NCBI GenBank assembly: GCA_964016885.1
Contig: OZ024765.1
Span: forward strand, 8,742,001-8,806,000
DNA length: 64,000 nucleotides
DNA from: Eledone cirrhosa
Taxonomy: Eukaryota
Reading direction: 5' to 3'
Numbering within the stretch: the stretch's first letter is position 1; every line of letters begins with the position of its first letter. The position numbers and the translations under genes were made by a program. The notes beneath the pieces are model-generated. The model saw only the letters and a program-made list of their open reading frames with translations. It had not been told where the DNA came from and searched no databases. Shown here one piece after another: positions 14,601-26,424 of the stretch.

Positions 14601-17600
14601 CCTCCATGGAACTAACTACCTCCATCAGTTGTTAGCTGTCGAGACACTGCATCCTTTAAAACCTTCATGGAACAAACTACCTGCATCAGTTGTTAGCTGT
14701 CAAGACACTGCATCTTTTAAACCCTCCATGGAACAAACTACCTCCATCAGTTGTTAGCTGTCGAGACACTGCATCCTTTAAAACCTTCATGGAACAAACT
14801 ACCTGCATCAGTTGTTAGCTGTCGAGACACTGCATCCTTTAAACCCTCCATGGAACAAACTCCCTGCATCAGTTGTTAGCTGTCGAGACACTGCATCCTT
14901 TAAAACCTTCATGGAACAAACTACCTGCATCAGTTGTTAGCTGTCGAGACACTGCATCCTTTAAAACCTTCATGGAACAAACTACCTGCATCAGTTGTTA
15001 GCTGTCGAGACACTGCATCCTTTAAAACCTCCATGGAACAAACTACCTGCATCAGTTGTTAGCTGTCGAGACACTGCATCCTTTAAACCCTCCATGGAAC
15101 AAACTACCTGCATCAGTTGTTAGCTGTCGAGACACTGCATCCTTTAAAACCTCCGTGGAACAAACTACCTGCATCATTGAGCTGGAAGGATTATTAAATA
15201 ATGTGACAGCTACATTTAAGAGTAAAGTGTGTATAGAGAGAGAGCTACAGATGGAGGGGGCATTGAATAGGTTCTTGGGAATGGTATGAACATACTACTA
15301 TGATGCTAAACTCCGCCATTTGCAGACTGTGCATCATGAGATATTTTCCCCCACAAAGTTCGATCACCAACAGCAGTGTTTAAAGAGCAAAGATCAAGTT
15401 CAGTCCATAAGTTGACATTATCAAGCCATCGTTTTGGCTGCTGGACTCTGCTTTCTCTTAGCAGCCAACCTTCCTTCCAGGAATATATAATTGTTTCTAC
15501 TTTTGGCACAAAGCCAGCAATTAACCAGTACATTACTGGTACTTTATTTTATCGATAAGGATGAAAGGCAAAGTTAACCTCGGTGGGATTTGAACTCAGA
15601 TCATAAAGGCCTGTAATCTGAGTTCAAATCCAGGAATATATAATACTTTTCAATCACCAACAGCAGAGTTTAAAGAGCAAAGATTAAGTCCAGTCCATAG
15701 GTTGACATTATCAAGCTATAGTTTTGGTTGCCAGCCTCTGCTTCTCTTACCAACCAACCAACCAGCCAACCTTCCTTCCAGGAATATATAATACCTTTCG
15801 ATCACCAGCAGCAGAGTTTAAAGAGCAAAGATCAAGACCAGTCCAGAATTTTACCCACCCTAGATAGATATATAGTAAAATAAAAAATATAATTTATTTA
15901 TACATAGTATATATTATTTATTATATATAATTTAGAATTTGCATGTAGGCAGGTCTCTCTGGAAATAGGGGTTGGGGGGCGCTGAGGGTATTACATGGCC
16001 GTGAGGGGGTGACAGTGGCCCCAAAAGTTTCAGAACTTCTGTTCTACAACATGCAGGATGTGACAATAACTTTATTCTGAAGACACAGGGGAGATAACTA
16101 CCTGCAATAACTGTGGTTATTTAATCTTTGCCCCAAATTCAGGCGCTGAGATGTATTAATAATGTAGTCTTAAGTATTTAAGGGGTTTATATATATATAT
16201 ATATAAATATTCCACCATAATTTAATGTAAGGACCTTTGTTAAGTTATGTTCCAAACACCAGTTAGTTATATTACTAAATCCCTCCAAATTCTTGTTTTC
16301 AAAATTATTTGAAAATCACAGGCAGTGTCTTTCTACAAGAATGTACACCCAGTACACTCTGTAAAGTGGTGGTATTGGTGACATGAAAGAAGTGCACCCA
16401 GTATACTCTGTAAAGTGGTAGTGTTGGTGACATGATAAAATACACCCAGTACACTCTGTAAAGTGCATAGTTCAGAGATGAGAGAGTCACTCCAGGTAGA
16501 GCTGCTAATTCTCCTAATTGAGAGATCACTGCTCTGATACTATGGACATGTGGTTAGAATGTCTCAGGAAAGAATCACTGGACATATTTTACAGGCAAAA
16601 CCAACCGGCAGGAGACCCAGTGGTAGACCCTGAGCAAGATGGTTGGATAACATCCCTGAGTTTGGCTGGTCTCACTTGAGGATTCAGCCAGATCAGTTGG
16701 AGATGGTTGCTTCTGACAAGACCCACTGGAAGGCGTGTTTGAGGACTCTGCCCCCATGATCCTCTCAGGAATGAGTGGGCGAAAAAGAAGAATTCTTGAT
16801 TTCCAGACATGAAAAGGAGCCTCTTTCAAGCAACTGTTACCCCTGTTCTATTGTATGGCTGTTCAGCATGGACCCTTACCTCAAACTTGGAAAGAAGATT
16901 AGTTGGAGCCTACACTCACATGGTAAGAGTGGCTTTGAATGTCTCACCAATGAGTGACTGTATGGGAACCTTAACCCTTTAGCATTTACATTACTCTATA
17001 TATACTGTTGTATTTTTGTGGTAAAAGCTTTACCTCACGTAATTATCTCACATTATGCGGTGGATTGGCAATATCGGTAGAGGTTCGGACGCCACGCTTT
17101 GCAGCACAGAGTTATGGCCCTTGCCATTCTGAGTTCAAATCCCGCCGAGGTTAACTTTGCCTTTCAGCCTTACGGGGTCGATAAAATAAAGTACCAGTAA
17201 TACACTGGGTAATTGCTGGCCTTGTGCCAAACGTAGAAGCAATTATATTGAATCTATGAGATTTTGATGTTGTTTATTTTGAGAACAATACCTTAATGTC
17301 AGTATGAGCAGCCAGTTACAGCTGGTTTGAACAGAAAGAGGTGAGAGAATTCTGGCTAGATATAGCCGCTTTAAATGCTAAAGGGTTAAACCAGCCGCTT
17401 TAAATGCTAAAGGGTTAAACCAGTATCAGAAATCATCAAAAAGCGTAGAGTCAGATTTGCAGGGGATTGGTGGAGAGTTAAAGATAAAATTTTAGTGAAG
17501 TTATTTTGTGTGGAGCCTACATAGGGAAGCGCTAGCAGAGAGTAACAAGACAAGACCTATATCAAACAGACTTTTGATAACATAAACTGTAATCTCTCTC

Positions 17601-20051
17601 TTTTAATAATAATAATAATGAAATTATTGTGTAAAGTGCTCAGGTGCACTACAACTCGTCAAAGGTGCATGTATAGTACATAGAATAATATACAAATGTC
17701 AGGGAAGTGAATAGTGTATGAGTCATGGTATATGTGTGTATGTGTATGGAGGGGGGATATTAAGTGTAGTGTTGGCGAATCTCGGGAAGCATGGAGGCCT
17801 TAAAGGATGCAGTGTCTCGAAATCTAACAACTGATGCAGGTAGTTTGTTCCATGGAGGCCTTAAAGGATGCAGTGTCTCGACAGCTAACAACTGATGCAG
17901 GTTGTTTGTTCCATGGAGGCCTTAAAGGATGCAGTGTCTCGACAGCTAACAACTGATGCAGGTAGTTTGTTCCATGGAGGCCTTTAAGGATGCAGTGTCT
18001 CGACAGCTAACAACTGATGCAGGGAGTTTGTTCCATGGAGGTTTTAAAGGATGCAGTGTCTCGACAGCTAACAACTGATGCAGGTAGTTTGTTCCATGGA
18101 GGTTTGAAAGGATGCAGTGTCTCGACAGCTAACAACTGATGCAGGTAGTTTGTTCCATGGAGGCCTTAAAGGATGCAGTGTCTCGACAACTAACAACTGA
18201 TGCAGGTAGTTTGTTCCATGGAGGTTTTAAAGGATGCAGTGTCTCGACAGCTAACAACTAATGCAGGTAGTTTGTTCTATGGAGGTTTTAAAGAATGCAG
18301 TGTCTCGACAGCTAACAACTAATGCAGGTAGTTTGTTCTATGGAGGTTTTAAAGGATGCAGTGTCTCGACAGCTAACAACTGATGCAGGTAGTTTGTTCC
18401 ATGCTTCAGCAACTCTGAGCGTGAAAAAATGTTTCCGAAAGTCATGGAAACTGTGCTGTTTTCTGTGAGGGATCTACCCAAAGAAAGGTTAGCAGAGGTC
18501 AAGTCAAGACCTATATCAGATTTGTGATTACATAAACTGTAATCTCTCTGACTTGCTGAATATAACAATAGAACTGGATGGTGACAGAGAGTGAAGGGAA
18601 TCTGAATCTGTCCAAATAGTGCGACTTTTGATTGATTGATGATGATGATAGAACTAATCAAAAAGCACAAAAAAGGGTTTACCCTGAATTTAGGTGGTCA
18701 ACAAGAGCATGAGTAAGGGCTGTTGCTGATGTCATCGCGTCTGCCTTCCTCTTTTCTGGGGAGAGAAGAAAAAGAATAGAAAAATTGTAAAAAAAAACTC
18801 GTTATTACAAAATAACAAAATTAGTCGCTGAGGAGGTCACAGAATGTGTGATGAAAGAGTTTTGATGATGATCAACTACTAAACAGCCATCTGGTTATTA
18901 AACTGACTGACTGGGAGTTTATAATAAATTGTAGTGAAATCCAAAGTATGATATATATACATATACATACACACACACATATATATACATACACATACAT
19001 ATATATATATATACACATATATTTATACATATACATACATATCCACATATATACATACATATCCATATATATATATATATATATATATACACATTGATAA
19101 ATACATGCATATATATATACACATTGATAAATACATATATATATATATACACATTGATAAATACATATATATATATATATATATATATACATTGATAAAT
19201 ACATATATATATATATACACACATATCTATAAATATCTCCATATATATACATGTGTATAACTTAGCAGAAACACAAATACGGCGTGACATTGTATACATC
19301 TTTCTCTATATATTGTACACACACACATATATATTCATTTTACGTTCGCTTTTTTCCCTGCTTGCAAGGGTGGGACGGGAACTGATTCTGGCTTGATTTC
19401 TACAGCTGGATGCCCTTCCTAACACCAACCTCATTTACAGTGAGTGCTGGGTGCTTTTTTTCCGTGGCACCTCCACGACCACTTTACAGTGGAATGATAG
19501 GGACCCCAGTACCTATCATCTCATTTCTACAGCTGAGTAAACTGGAGCAATGTGAAATAAAGTGTCTTGCTCAAGGAAACAACACATCACCCGGTCTGAG
19601 AATTGAACTCACAACCTTTCGATTGCAAGGCCAATGCTCTAACCACTAAGCCATGTGCCTCCATATATATATATATAAAATACCCAGTCCACACTGTAAA
19701 TGTGGTTGGTGTTAGGAAGGGCATCCAGCCGTAGAAAACCTGCCAAAGAAACTTCTGTACGAGCGAGACAGGGTCTCCTCACCATTCCCGCATCAACTGG
19801 AACAAAACTGTCTAACCCATGCTAGCGTGGAAGATGGACGTTAAATGATGATGATATATATATATATATGATGGCTGCATCATGTGGCATTAATGAACTT
19901 TACAATGTCTCTTCAGACTTCCTAGATCTTGTGACATTAATAAATGTATATATATTAATGTATATATATTAATTATAAATATTCACCCACCTTGAATCTC
20001 TTTTCTGGCCTGTTGTTGAGTTAAATGTTGTTTAACGAGACTGGACAACAT
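4911..20051 (-). CDS. BLOC1S1: BLOC-1 subunit 1 (BLOS1/GCN5L1), 5 coding exons, 126 aa
   Basis: Exons 20051-19991, 18755-18683, 12523-12391, 11153-11066, 4936-4911 join with GT-AG sites and consistent phases (381 nt): [126 protein letters not shown]; the [13 protein letters not shown] motif is characteristic of BLOC1S1. Confidence 0.96.
6150..7216 (+). mobile_element. RTE family B 3' UTR containing 8 tandem 112-113 bp units (6211-7109)
   Basis: Unit starts at 6211, 6324, 6436, 6548, 6661, 6773, 6886, 6998; flanks and (TGA)n tail match the RTE at 50036-52815. Confidence 0.9.
7989..8177 (-). mobile_element. SINE family 1 copy with 21-bp target-site duplication
   Basis: ccaccacagaaatatggtaat at 7968-7988 and 8178-8198. 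Confidence 0.85.
8185..11003. repeat. 48-bp minisatellite, ~58 copies
   Basis: Unit ttagaaatatggtaatgaaagggttaatgacatagacagtgtctttca; stop-free in one minus frame. Confidence 0.99.
11066..11153 (-). CDS. BLOC1S1: BLOC1S1 exon 4 ([29 protein letters not shown])
   Basis: tttcctttctcttccag acceptor; highly conserved peptide; donor GTAGGT inferred. Confidence 0.93.
11204..11840. repeat. (ACACT)n pentanucleotide microsatellite with CACGAGACCAAA variants
   Basis: Directly visible; H/Y/T-rich ORFs are artefacts. Confidence 0.95.
11870..12085 (+). mobile_element. Helitron 3' end fragment
   Basis: CCCG-tgcaacgc-CGGG hairpin followed by CTAG|T at 12081-12085; shares cctagggnccgcattagg with ~39520. 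Confidence 0.65.
12391..12523 (-). CDS. BLOC1S1: BLOC1S1 exon 3
   Basis: [44 protein letters not shown]; ccccag / GTAAC. Confidence 0.96.
13625..15177 (+). mobile_element. CR1-like LINE 3' fragment (interrupted by an RTE-tail element) with internal 61-bp array, ~15 copies at 14239-15177
   Basis: [11 protein letters not shown]...HDFRKH...[21 protein letters not shown] resembles a CR1 ORF2 C-terminus; array unit catggaacaaactacctgcatcagttgttagctgtcgagacactgcatcctttaaaacctc. Confidence 0.8.
16530..16790 (+). mobile_element. RTE-type LINE 3' fragment (related copies at 25500-25740 and 27605-27710)
   Basis: [13 protein letters not shown]...[17 protein letters not shown]-type C-terminus. Confidence 0.7.
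16971..17389 (+). mobile_element. TTAA-target (piggyBac-like) MITE with nested SINE family 1 (~17056-17245)
   Basis: TTAA CCCTTTAGCATTTA ... TAAATGCTAAAGGG TTAA terminal inverted repeats; related copies at 32532-32753, 54849-55050, 60960-61266. Confidence 0.8.
17603..18467 (-). mobile_element. CR1-like LINE 3' end with 61-bp array (~10 copies, 17790-18402) and (TTA)n tail
   Basis: Reverse complement of the 14239-15177 array plus 3' UTR. Confidence 0.85.
18683..18755 (-). CDS. BLOC1S1: BLOC1S1 exon 2
   Basis: (E)[24 protein letters not shown]; ttctctccccag / GTAAAC. Confidence 0.96.
18823..18866 (+). ncRNA. Hammerhead-like motif family E (also 25121-25165 + and 45946-45989 -)
   Basis: Consensus AGTCA CTGARGA G GTCAC agaatgt GTGAC GAAA GAGCT T TGACT; each copy has defects (25151 GAAA->AAAA). 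Confidence 0.6.
19335..19662 (-). mobile_element. tRNA-derived CORE-like SINE family 2 with RTE tail
   Basis: Head GGAGGCACATGGCTTAGTGGTTAGAGC...GAGTTCAATTC, CORE-like ccttgagcaagacactt...cagtttactcagctgtagaaatg, tail matching the RTE-A 3' end. Confidence 0.9.
19991..20051 (-). CDS. BLOC1S1: BLOC1S1 exon 1 ([20 protein letters not shown])
   Basis: ATG at 20051, donor G|GTGGGT; resembles the MLSRLLKEHQ N-terminus of orthologues. Confidence 0.93.
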
Positions 20052-20269
20052 CTTCAATATATATATGTGTGTGTATATATATTATATGTATATATATTCT
20101 ATATAATGTTTCTCGCTGTGATAAAAGCAAATTAAATTATATACGGATATATAGTTTATAATATATTATATATACATATAATGTATATATAATATGTGTA
20201 TATATAATATATATAACGTATATATATATATATTATATATACACCCAGTAATCAATTTCTTGACAATGT

Positions 20270-20335
20270 TTACATCAGACGAACCGGAAGTTATATATTA
20301 CAGGACCGCACTTCCGCTGATTATTTACTGCGACA
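20270..20335. promoter_or_regulatory. Probable BLOC1S1 promoter with two opposed ETS-type motifs
   Basis: CCGGAAGT at 20284-20291 and ACTTCCG at 20310-20316 in a small CpG-containing patch ~240 bp upstream of the ATG. Confidence 0.6.
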
Positions 20336-20664
20336 TAAAAATATTTTAAAATATAATAAATCTTTAATAATTTATGTTAATAAAAATAAAAGTTGTGGCT
20401 TTGTCATTTAATTTATTTTAAGCAAAATATTAAATATTTAGAAGTAAATAATTCTTTTTTTTTTAAATATAATTTTGTACTTTTTTATTTGTAGTTATTT
20501 TTCTCCTGAATATTAAAGTAATCTGAAGGAGAATGATGTGGAAGTTGAAAGAGCCATTTAATTAATTACAAATTATTTTCTGCTCAAAACTTAAACCCTT
20601 TTATTGCCAAATACCCCGAAACTGGCTCTGGTTCTGTAAAACAAAACCATCTATTTTAAAGAGC

Positions 20665-21300
20665 TCACCCGTGGCTAACGTTGGTGGCCTACTCAGCTTG
20701 GACGAACTTCGTGTCTCCATTATCCCCAGAGTGGGAGCTTACGCCTGTACGGGTCTGAGCTGTAGATGTGGCAAACTCCTCGACTCTACAGGCCTCCATG
20801 CCGGTCGCTTCAGGTGTCACGCGGAGTTAAACTTTATTCCCAAGAGAGCCTTGGCTCGGGCAAACACCCCATCGATCTTGGAACCACTTGGGTTGTCTAA
20901 AAGTGATGGGAAAAGACCTGACGGCCTTACCCTGTGCCCCTGGTTGAGAGGCAGGTGCCTTGTCTGGGACGTCAATTTTGCTTTTCCCCACATCCTGGAA
21001 GCTGCGGTTAGGACGAGAGCCACAGCTTCTGCAGCCGAGCGGAGTAAGACCCTCAAATACTGTGATCTGTCGGCCAACTACATTTTTCAGCCTGTGGCGT
21101 TCGAGACGTTTGGGGGAGTCGGGCCGCTGACTGCGAGGTTCCTATCTTCAGTGGCGCTTGGTTGTTCCAGCACCCCAGCCTGGCCATCCCCCAAGGTAAC
21201 GCTGCGAGTGTGCTGCCTTGCCTCAAAAATCATTAGAGAGGTTTCCCAATGCTCCTCGCGATACTGCTGTCTTTTGCTCTGATGGTGTCTTGGTGGTTCA
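20665..21300 (+). mobile_element. Degenerate non-LTR retrotransposon 3' fragment with restriction-like endonuclease (CRE/R2-group-like)
   Basis: CRC..H zinc-knuckle remnant, RPDG..W..G..L.WD, K..KY and PVAFETFG motifs. Confidence 0.75.
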
Positions 21301-21857
21301 CCCCTTCCTTTATATTATATTTGTTTGTCTTCGTTCTGTAGGCATTGTATTATTATCGGGGTCGCTAAAATAAAGTACCAGTAATGCACTGGATAATTGC
21401 TGGCCTTGTACCAAAAGTAGAAACAATTATTATATTTATATTTCTTTTTATTCATAATGTTATTATATTTCTTTTTATTTGTAATTTGAATAAAAAAAAA
21501 CAAAACAAATACAAATCAAAGCGAAAATCGTAACAAATTTAGAGCTATTTTCCTTGATGCTTACGACACAGTAAGGAATAACAAATATATAGAGACATTG
21601 AATATAGAGGAGCAATGGGAGTTCCTGAAAGATAATTTATTGAAGGTAGCCAACTCTGTGCCAATGGTGGTGAGTATGGCGGTGGTCCTAAGGCTAACGA
21701 CACCAGAAGTCTCCACTGCTACAGGTAGCCAACTCTGTGGTAAGTCGAGATGTGGTTCTAGGGCCAATGACACCATAAGTCCCCACTGCTACAGGTAGCC
21801 AACTCTGTGATGATGGTGGTGAGTAGGGAGGTGGTCCTAGGGCCAGAAATCTCCGAA

Positions 21858-22052
21858 AGACTTGTCAACTCTCCCCGTCCGACGAGGGAGATCTCCCACC
21901 CACTTTGGGGTGGGCGACAGATGTCTTCTCTTTGAAAATGGGTATAGCTTTCATGATGTAAAATCTCCCCATTTTGCCTCATTTCTCCTCGTTTGTGGGC
22001 ACTTTTTTTTCATGGCATTCTCCGTTTTGATTTTAGAGGTTGGCAGGTCTGG
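21858..22052. mobile_element. Small MITE with imperfect TIRs
   Basis: agacttgtcaac ... gttggcaggtct termini. Confidence 0.5.
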
Positions 22053-22569
22053 TCTCCACTGCCAAAATTATGTGAGTCTCGCGAGCTGGAATGGCTGTTT
22101 TTCCAACATGTCTCACTCACCATCCTCCGTGGAAACACCTCTCTATTCTGTCCGCTGAGGGGCGACCAGTGCATGGGTTCCCATTTGCTTATAATAGTGA
22201 CAGATGGGGAGAGACGGAAGAAGTGACAGTGCGACGGCTGAGCTGAGCTCCGGCCGTTTCGACAGCTACTTCTGAGTTCAGAAATAACTGTCGAAACGGC
22301 CGGAGCTCAGCCGTCGAGGTCCTGACTTTTTTCCTATATATATATATATATATCACGGCTACTACTACTACCATTTATTGGAGGTGACATACGAAACCTG
22401 TGGCTGGTGCAGGGCTCCAGTCCAGAGAAGAGGAAAGCGACTTGATGGCTTTAGTTAATCTATACTTAAAATAAAAACAAACGATGTTTTGTCAAACTGT
22501 TGTTTATTGAGTGAAAAACATTTACAAAATATAAAAAGGAAAATCTATTCATATAATCCAGGTCTTGTT

Positions 22570-22690
22570 AGCCATTTAACCGGAAGTCCCTTCATTGCTG
22601 ACCTGTTTACTCTCTTCCGTTAACAATTCGCCTTTACAGTCTGGCGGCCATGCTTTGCTTTGGAACCGTCAGGTGTGTGAGATAATTAAG
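22570..22690 (+). promoter_or_regulatory. Promoter-like CpG-containing patch (ETS and YY1-like motifs), possible first exon
   Basis: CCGGAAGT 22580-22587, CTTCCG 22614-22619, GGCGGCCATG 22643-22652, candidate donors after 22672 and 22690. Confidence 0.35.
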
Positions 22691-22909
22691 GTAAAAAGAC
22701 AATCAAGGGGTGGAAAGCAAGGTATAGTATTAGGAAGCCATGAGAGAAGCTAGGTGACAAGTGTACTTAGAAAGGAGGGTGAGGTTTTCAAGATTGCAAG
22801 GCAGTGTGTCATAGGAAATTGTTGTTTTGATGGGGAGGTGTGTCCATGAAATGATAATGGCGTATTTGCATTCACTGATGTTAAAAAGAAGATATCACAG
22901 AAGAGGCAT

Positions 22910-24140
22910 AATAATTATTTCTACTTTTGGCACAAGGCCAGCTATTACCCCAGTGCATTACTGGTACTTTATTTTATCGACCCCGTAAGGATGTAAGGCA
23001 AAATTAACCTCGGCGGGATTTGAACTCAGACCACAAAGGGCCATAACTCTGTGCTGCAAAGCATGGCGTCTGACGCTCTACCGATACTGCCAATCCACCA
23101 CCAATAGAAGAGCCATAATTGTTTCCACTTTTGGCACAAGGCCAGCAATTATCCAGTGCATTACTGGTACTTTATTTTATCGACCCCGTAAGGATGAAAG
23201 GCAAAGTTAACCTCGGCGGGATTTGAACTCAGAAAATGCAGGTAAAATTCCGTTATAACAAATACCATTACAGTGAAATTCCGTTACAACGAAATTCACG
23301 GGGTATAAAAAAATTCGTTGTAACGAAAAGATTCTTTATAACGAGATTGACCTAACACATTGAGCGTGTGGCTGGGGATTGAAAAAAATGTCGTTATACT
23401 GGAAAATTCATTATAACGGAAATTTACCTGTATAACGAATTTTTCAGTGTAACAGAATTTCTTTCATTCCACGGCCACACACTTGATGTGATAGGTCAAT
23501 CTCGTTATAAAGAATTTTTCATTACACGAATTTATTTTTATACCCCGTGAATTTCGTTATAACGGAATTTCATTGTAATAATTGTTTCTACATTTGGCAC
23601 AAGGCCAGCAATTACCTCAGTGTATTGCTGGTTCTTTATTTTATCAACCCTATAAGGATGAAAGGCAAAGTTAACCTCGGCAGGGTTTGAGCTCAGACCA
23701 TAAAGGGCCGTAACTCTATGCTGCAAAGCATGGCGTCAGACCCGCTACCGATACTGCCAATCCACCACCCTATTACAATTTCATTGTAACAATAATAATT
23801 GTTTCTACTTTTGGCACAAGGCCAGCAATTACCCCAGTGCATTACTGGTACTTTATTTTATCGACCCCGTAAGGATTAAAGGCAAAGTTAACCTCGGCGA
23901 GATTTGAACTCAGATCATAAAGGGACGTAACTCTATGCTGCAAAGCATAGCGTCCGGCCCTCTACCGATACTGCCAATCCAATGGTTTCTACAAGGCCAG
24001 CAATTTTGGGGAAGGGGAAAGTCAATTAAATCGACCCCCATTGTATTACTGGTACTTTATTTATCAATCCCGTAAGGATGAAAGGCAAAGTTAACCTCGG
24101 CGGGATTTGGAGCCATAACTATGCTGTGAAGCATGTTGTC
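22910..24140 (-). mobile_element. Cluster of ~5 SINE family 1 copies in the same orientation
   Basis: Repeated aattgtttctacttttggcacaaggccagc...gatttgaactcag blocks. Confidence 0.85.
23271..23575. mobile_element. Tc1/mariner (pogo/Tigger-like) palindromic MITE
   Basis: TA CAGTGAAATTCCGTTA ... TAACGGAATTTCATTG TA; arms complementary over most of the length. Confidence 0.85.
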
Positions 24141-25854
24141 CAAGATCTTTTGGTTCTATATATATATATGTATACACACACACACATATATACATTTATA
24201 AATATATATCATATATATATGATGATAATTTTGAAGTCCTACCCATGCTAGTGTGGAATATGGATGTTAAATGATGATATATATGTATATGTATATATAT
24301 GGTGGCTGCCAACTCGTTTTCGAGTATGGCCACTACTTTATATCCATGTAGGAGAACGCCTACCGATGCGCTGAACGAATGTGACTTTAGTCCAGCCAGC
24401 GACTTGAAAACTCTGGTACAAACACTACACTTGTGACAATTATTGACACATAGTGCTGGGCCCATGGTACCATGTGACGACAAGTGCAGAGAGATCTCCA
24501 GATATAAAGCAATGCCTGTGCCGTGAAGCTTTTATAGTGAGCAAAGGCACTGCACAAAGCCAGTCCCACTCTCTTAACCAAGATGATATTTACCAAAAAG
24601 AAGAACAAGTCAACATCATTGGATACCATCAGAGTTGCAGGTGTTATATCAGAGTTTTCCTTCTCCTAGAATTCTGCTTTGACAAAGGCTAAGGGGTCAT
24701 CTCTCCCGGTGATTTTGGATGGCCATTGACTCTTAAGAGCTCCTTTGCTCTTTGACAGGTTTTGTTTTTAGTCCTGCAGGATGTCCAAAGTCACCCTCCT
24801 CACCAAGAAACCTTAGTGGGGTTGCCAGTTTAGTCGCCAACGACCTGACCATGGGACAGGTTGTACTGGAATACATGTTACCAGTAGCACCAAGTGGTGA
24901 CCTGACAGGTATATATATATATATACATACACACACACATATATATTTTGTTTTTGAATTTGTTTTGCAAGATTACTTATCTGAAAACGTGTGTTGAAAC
25001 AGATACTGTTAAACTTTGGGAGGGTCATGTTGCCAGTAAAAACACAAACTAAGCACACAACACACACAAACAAGATGGTGTAGGACAGAACAAAGGAGAG
25101 ACACAAAATAAAAAAAACCTAGTCACTGAGGAGGTCACAGAATGTGTGACAAAAGAGCTTTGACTATACATAAACAATATATTTTAAATGAAAAACGACA
25201 AAGAAATCTTGCATATTATTAAATCAGTTTATTTTAGATAAATAAAAAAAACCCCAGCCCCACAACACCCACACCATTTTTTAAACCCCACCCTCCCTTC
25301 CCATAGAAAGAATATAAAAAAATGAGGTATAATTCAGAATAAATCTCCCTACCCTCTGCCTCTTACCAAATATCGTGTATTGAACTTGTATTGAGTGCTA
25401 TCTAACAAGTGCTGTGTGATTGTTTCATTATTTAATTGGTAGAACCGGTAGAGCATCAAACACCATACTTTGCAGCATAGAGTTATGGCCCTTTACAGCT
25501 CGGTTACTATGGACATATGGTTAGAATGTCTCAGGAAAGAATTGCTGGACAGATTTTGCAGGTAAAACCAATCGGTAGGAGACCCAGGGATAGACGCCGA
25601 GCAAGATGGCTGGATAACATCCATGAGCTTGGCTGGTCTGGCTTGGGGATCCAGTCAGATCAGTTGGAGACGGTTGTTTCTGACAGGACTTGCTGGGAAG
25701 AGTGTTTGAAGACTTGTCCCCCATGACCCTCTCAGGAATATATATATATATATATATATATATAGAAAGATTTGAATGGATACAGTTTAGTTGAAAGGAA
25801 TTTATTGACACGTGTTTCTATAACAGTTACATAACCTGAAAACAGCTGCTATCT

Positions 25855-26015
25855 ACTTTAATAATATTTATATTAATAATATTTATATTACAACACTTTA
25901 ATAATATTTATATTAATAATATTTATATTACAACACTTTAATAATATTTATATTAATAATATTTATATTACAACACTTTAATAATATTTATATTAATAAT
26001 ATTTATATTACAACA
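25855..26015. repeat. 40-bp AT-rich tandem repeat, 4 copies
   Basis: actttaataatatttatattaataatatttatattacaac. Confidence 0.9.
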
Positions 26016-26027
26016 CAACGGAAAATA

Positions 26028-26068
<41 letters not shown>

Positions 26069-26424
26069 ATTTATATATTTATACTCGGATTTCTTTCCTA
26101 GAGTGCTTAAATTATTTGTGACTAATCCCGGTATTTTTTTTTTAAAACCGCGATAATATTGCTTTTTGCTGAACTCCTTATTGTAGAGTTTTTTTTTTTG
26201 GAATATTTTTGACTGTTGTTTCATGTAAACAAACATTCGTCTCATCCATGCTTGGTCATTCATATACATTGACATTGCACATCCAACAGAGCATGCTGCC
26301 TCATTTCTCTCCAGCCGTCGCATATCCTCTGTAGTTGCTGCCCATGTCTCACTACTATGCAGCATCACACATCCCACACAGGCATCATATAACCGGCCTT
26401 TTGTATATATATATATATATATAA

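Noticed and set aside
6211-15177. CRISPR-like regular arrays
   Set aside because: No unique spacers, no cas genes, eukaryotic context; plain tandem repeats
19410-19649. Recurring MPFLTPT... ORFs
   Set aside because: Antisense readings of the shared SINE/RTE 3' module
21820-21880. Hammerhead 3' half GAAAGACTTGTC
   Set aside because: No CTGAnGA core; the sequence is a MITE terminal repeat
24820-24910. HDV-like ribozyme at a probable RTE 5' end (CCAGT...CTAAACTGG, minus strand)
   Set aside because: P2 and J4/2-like parts are visible but I could not build P3/L3 and P1.1; needs an RNAMotif search
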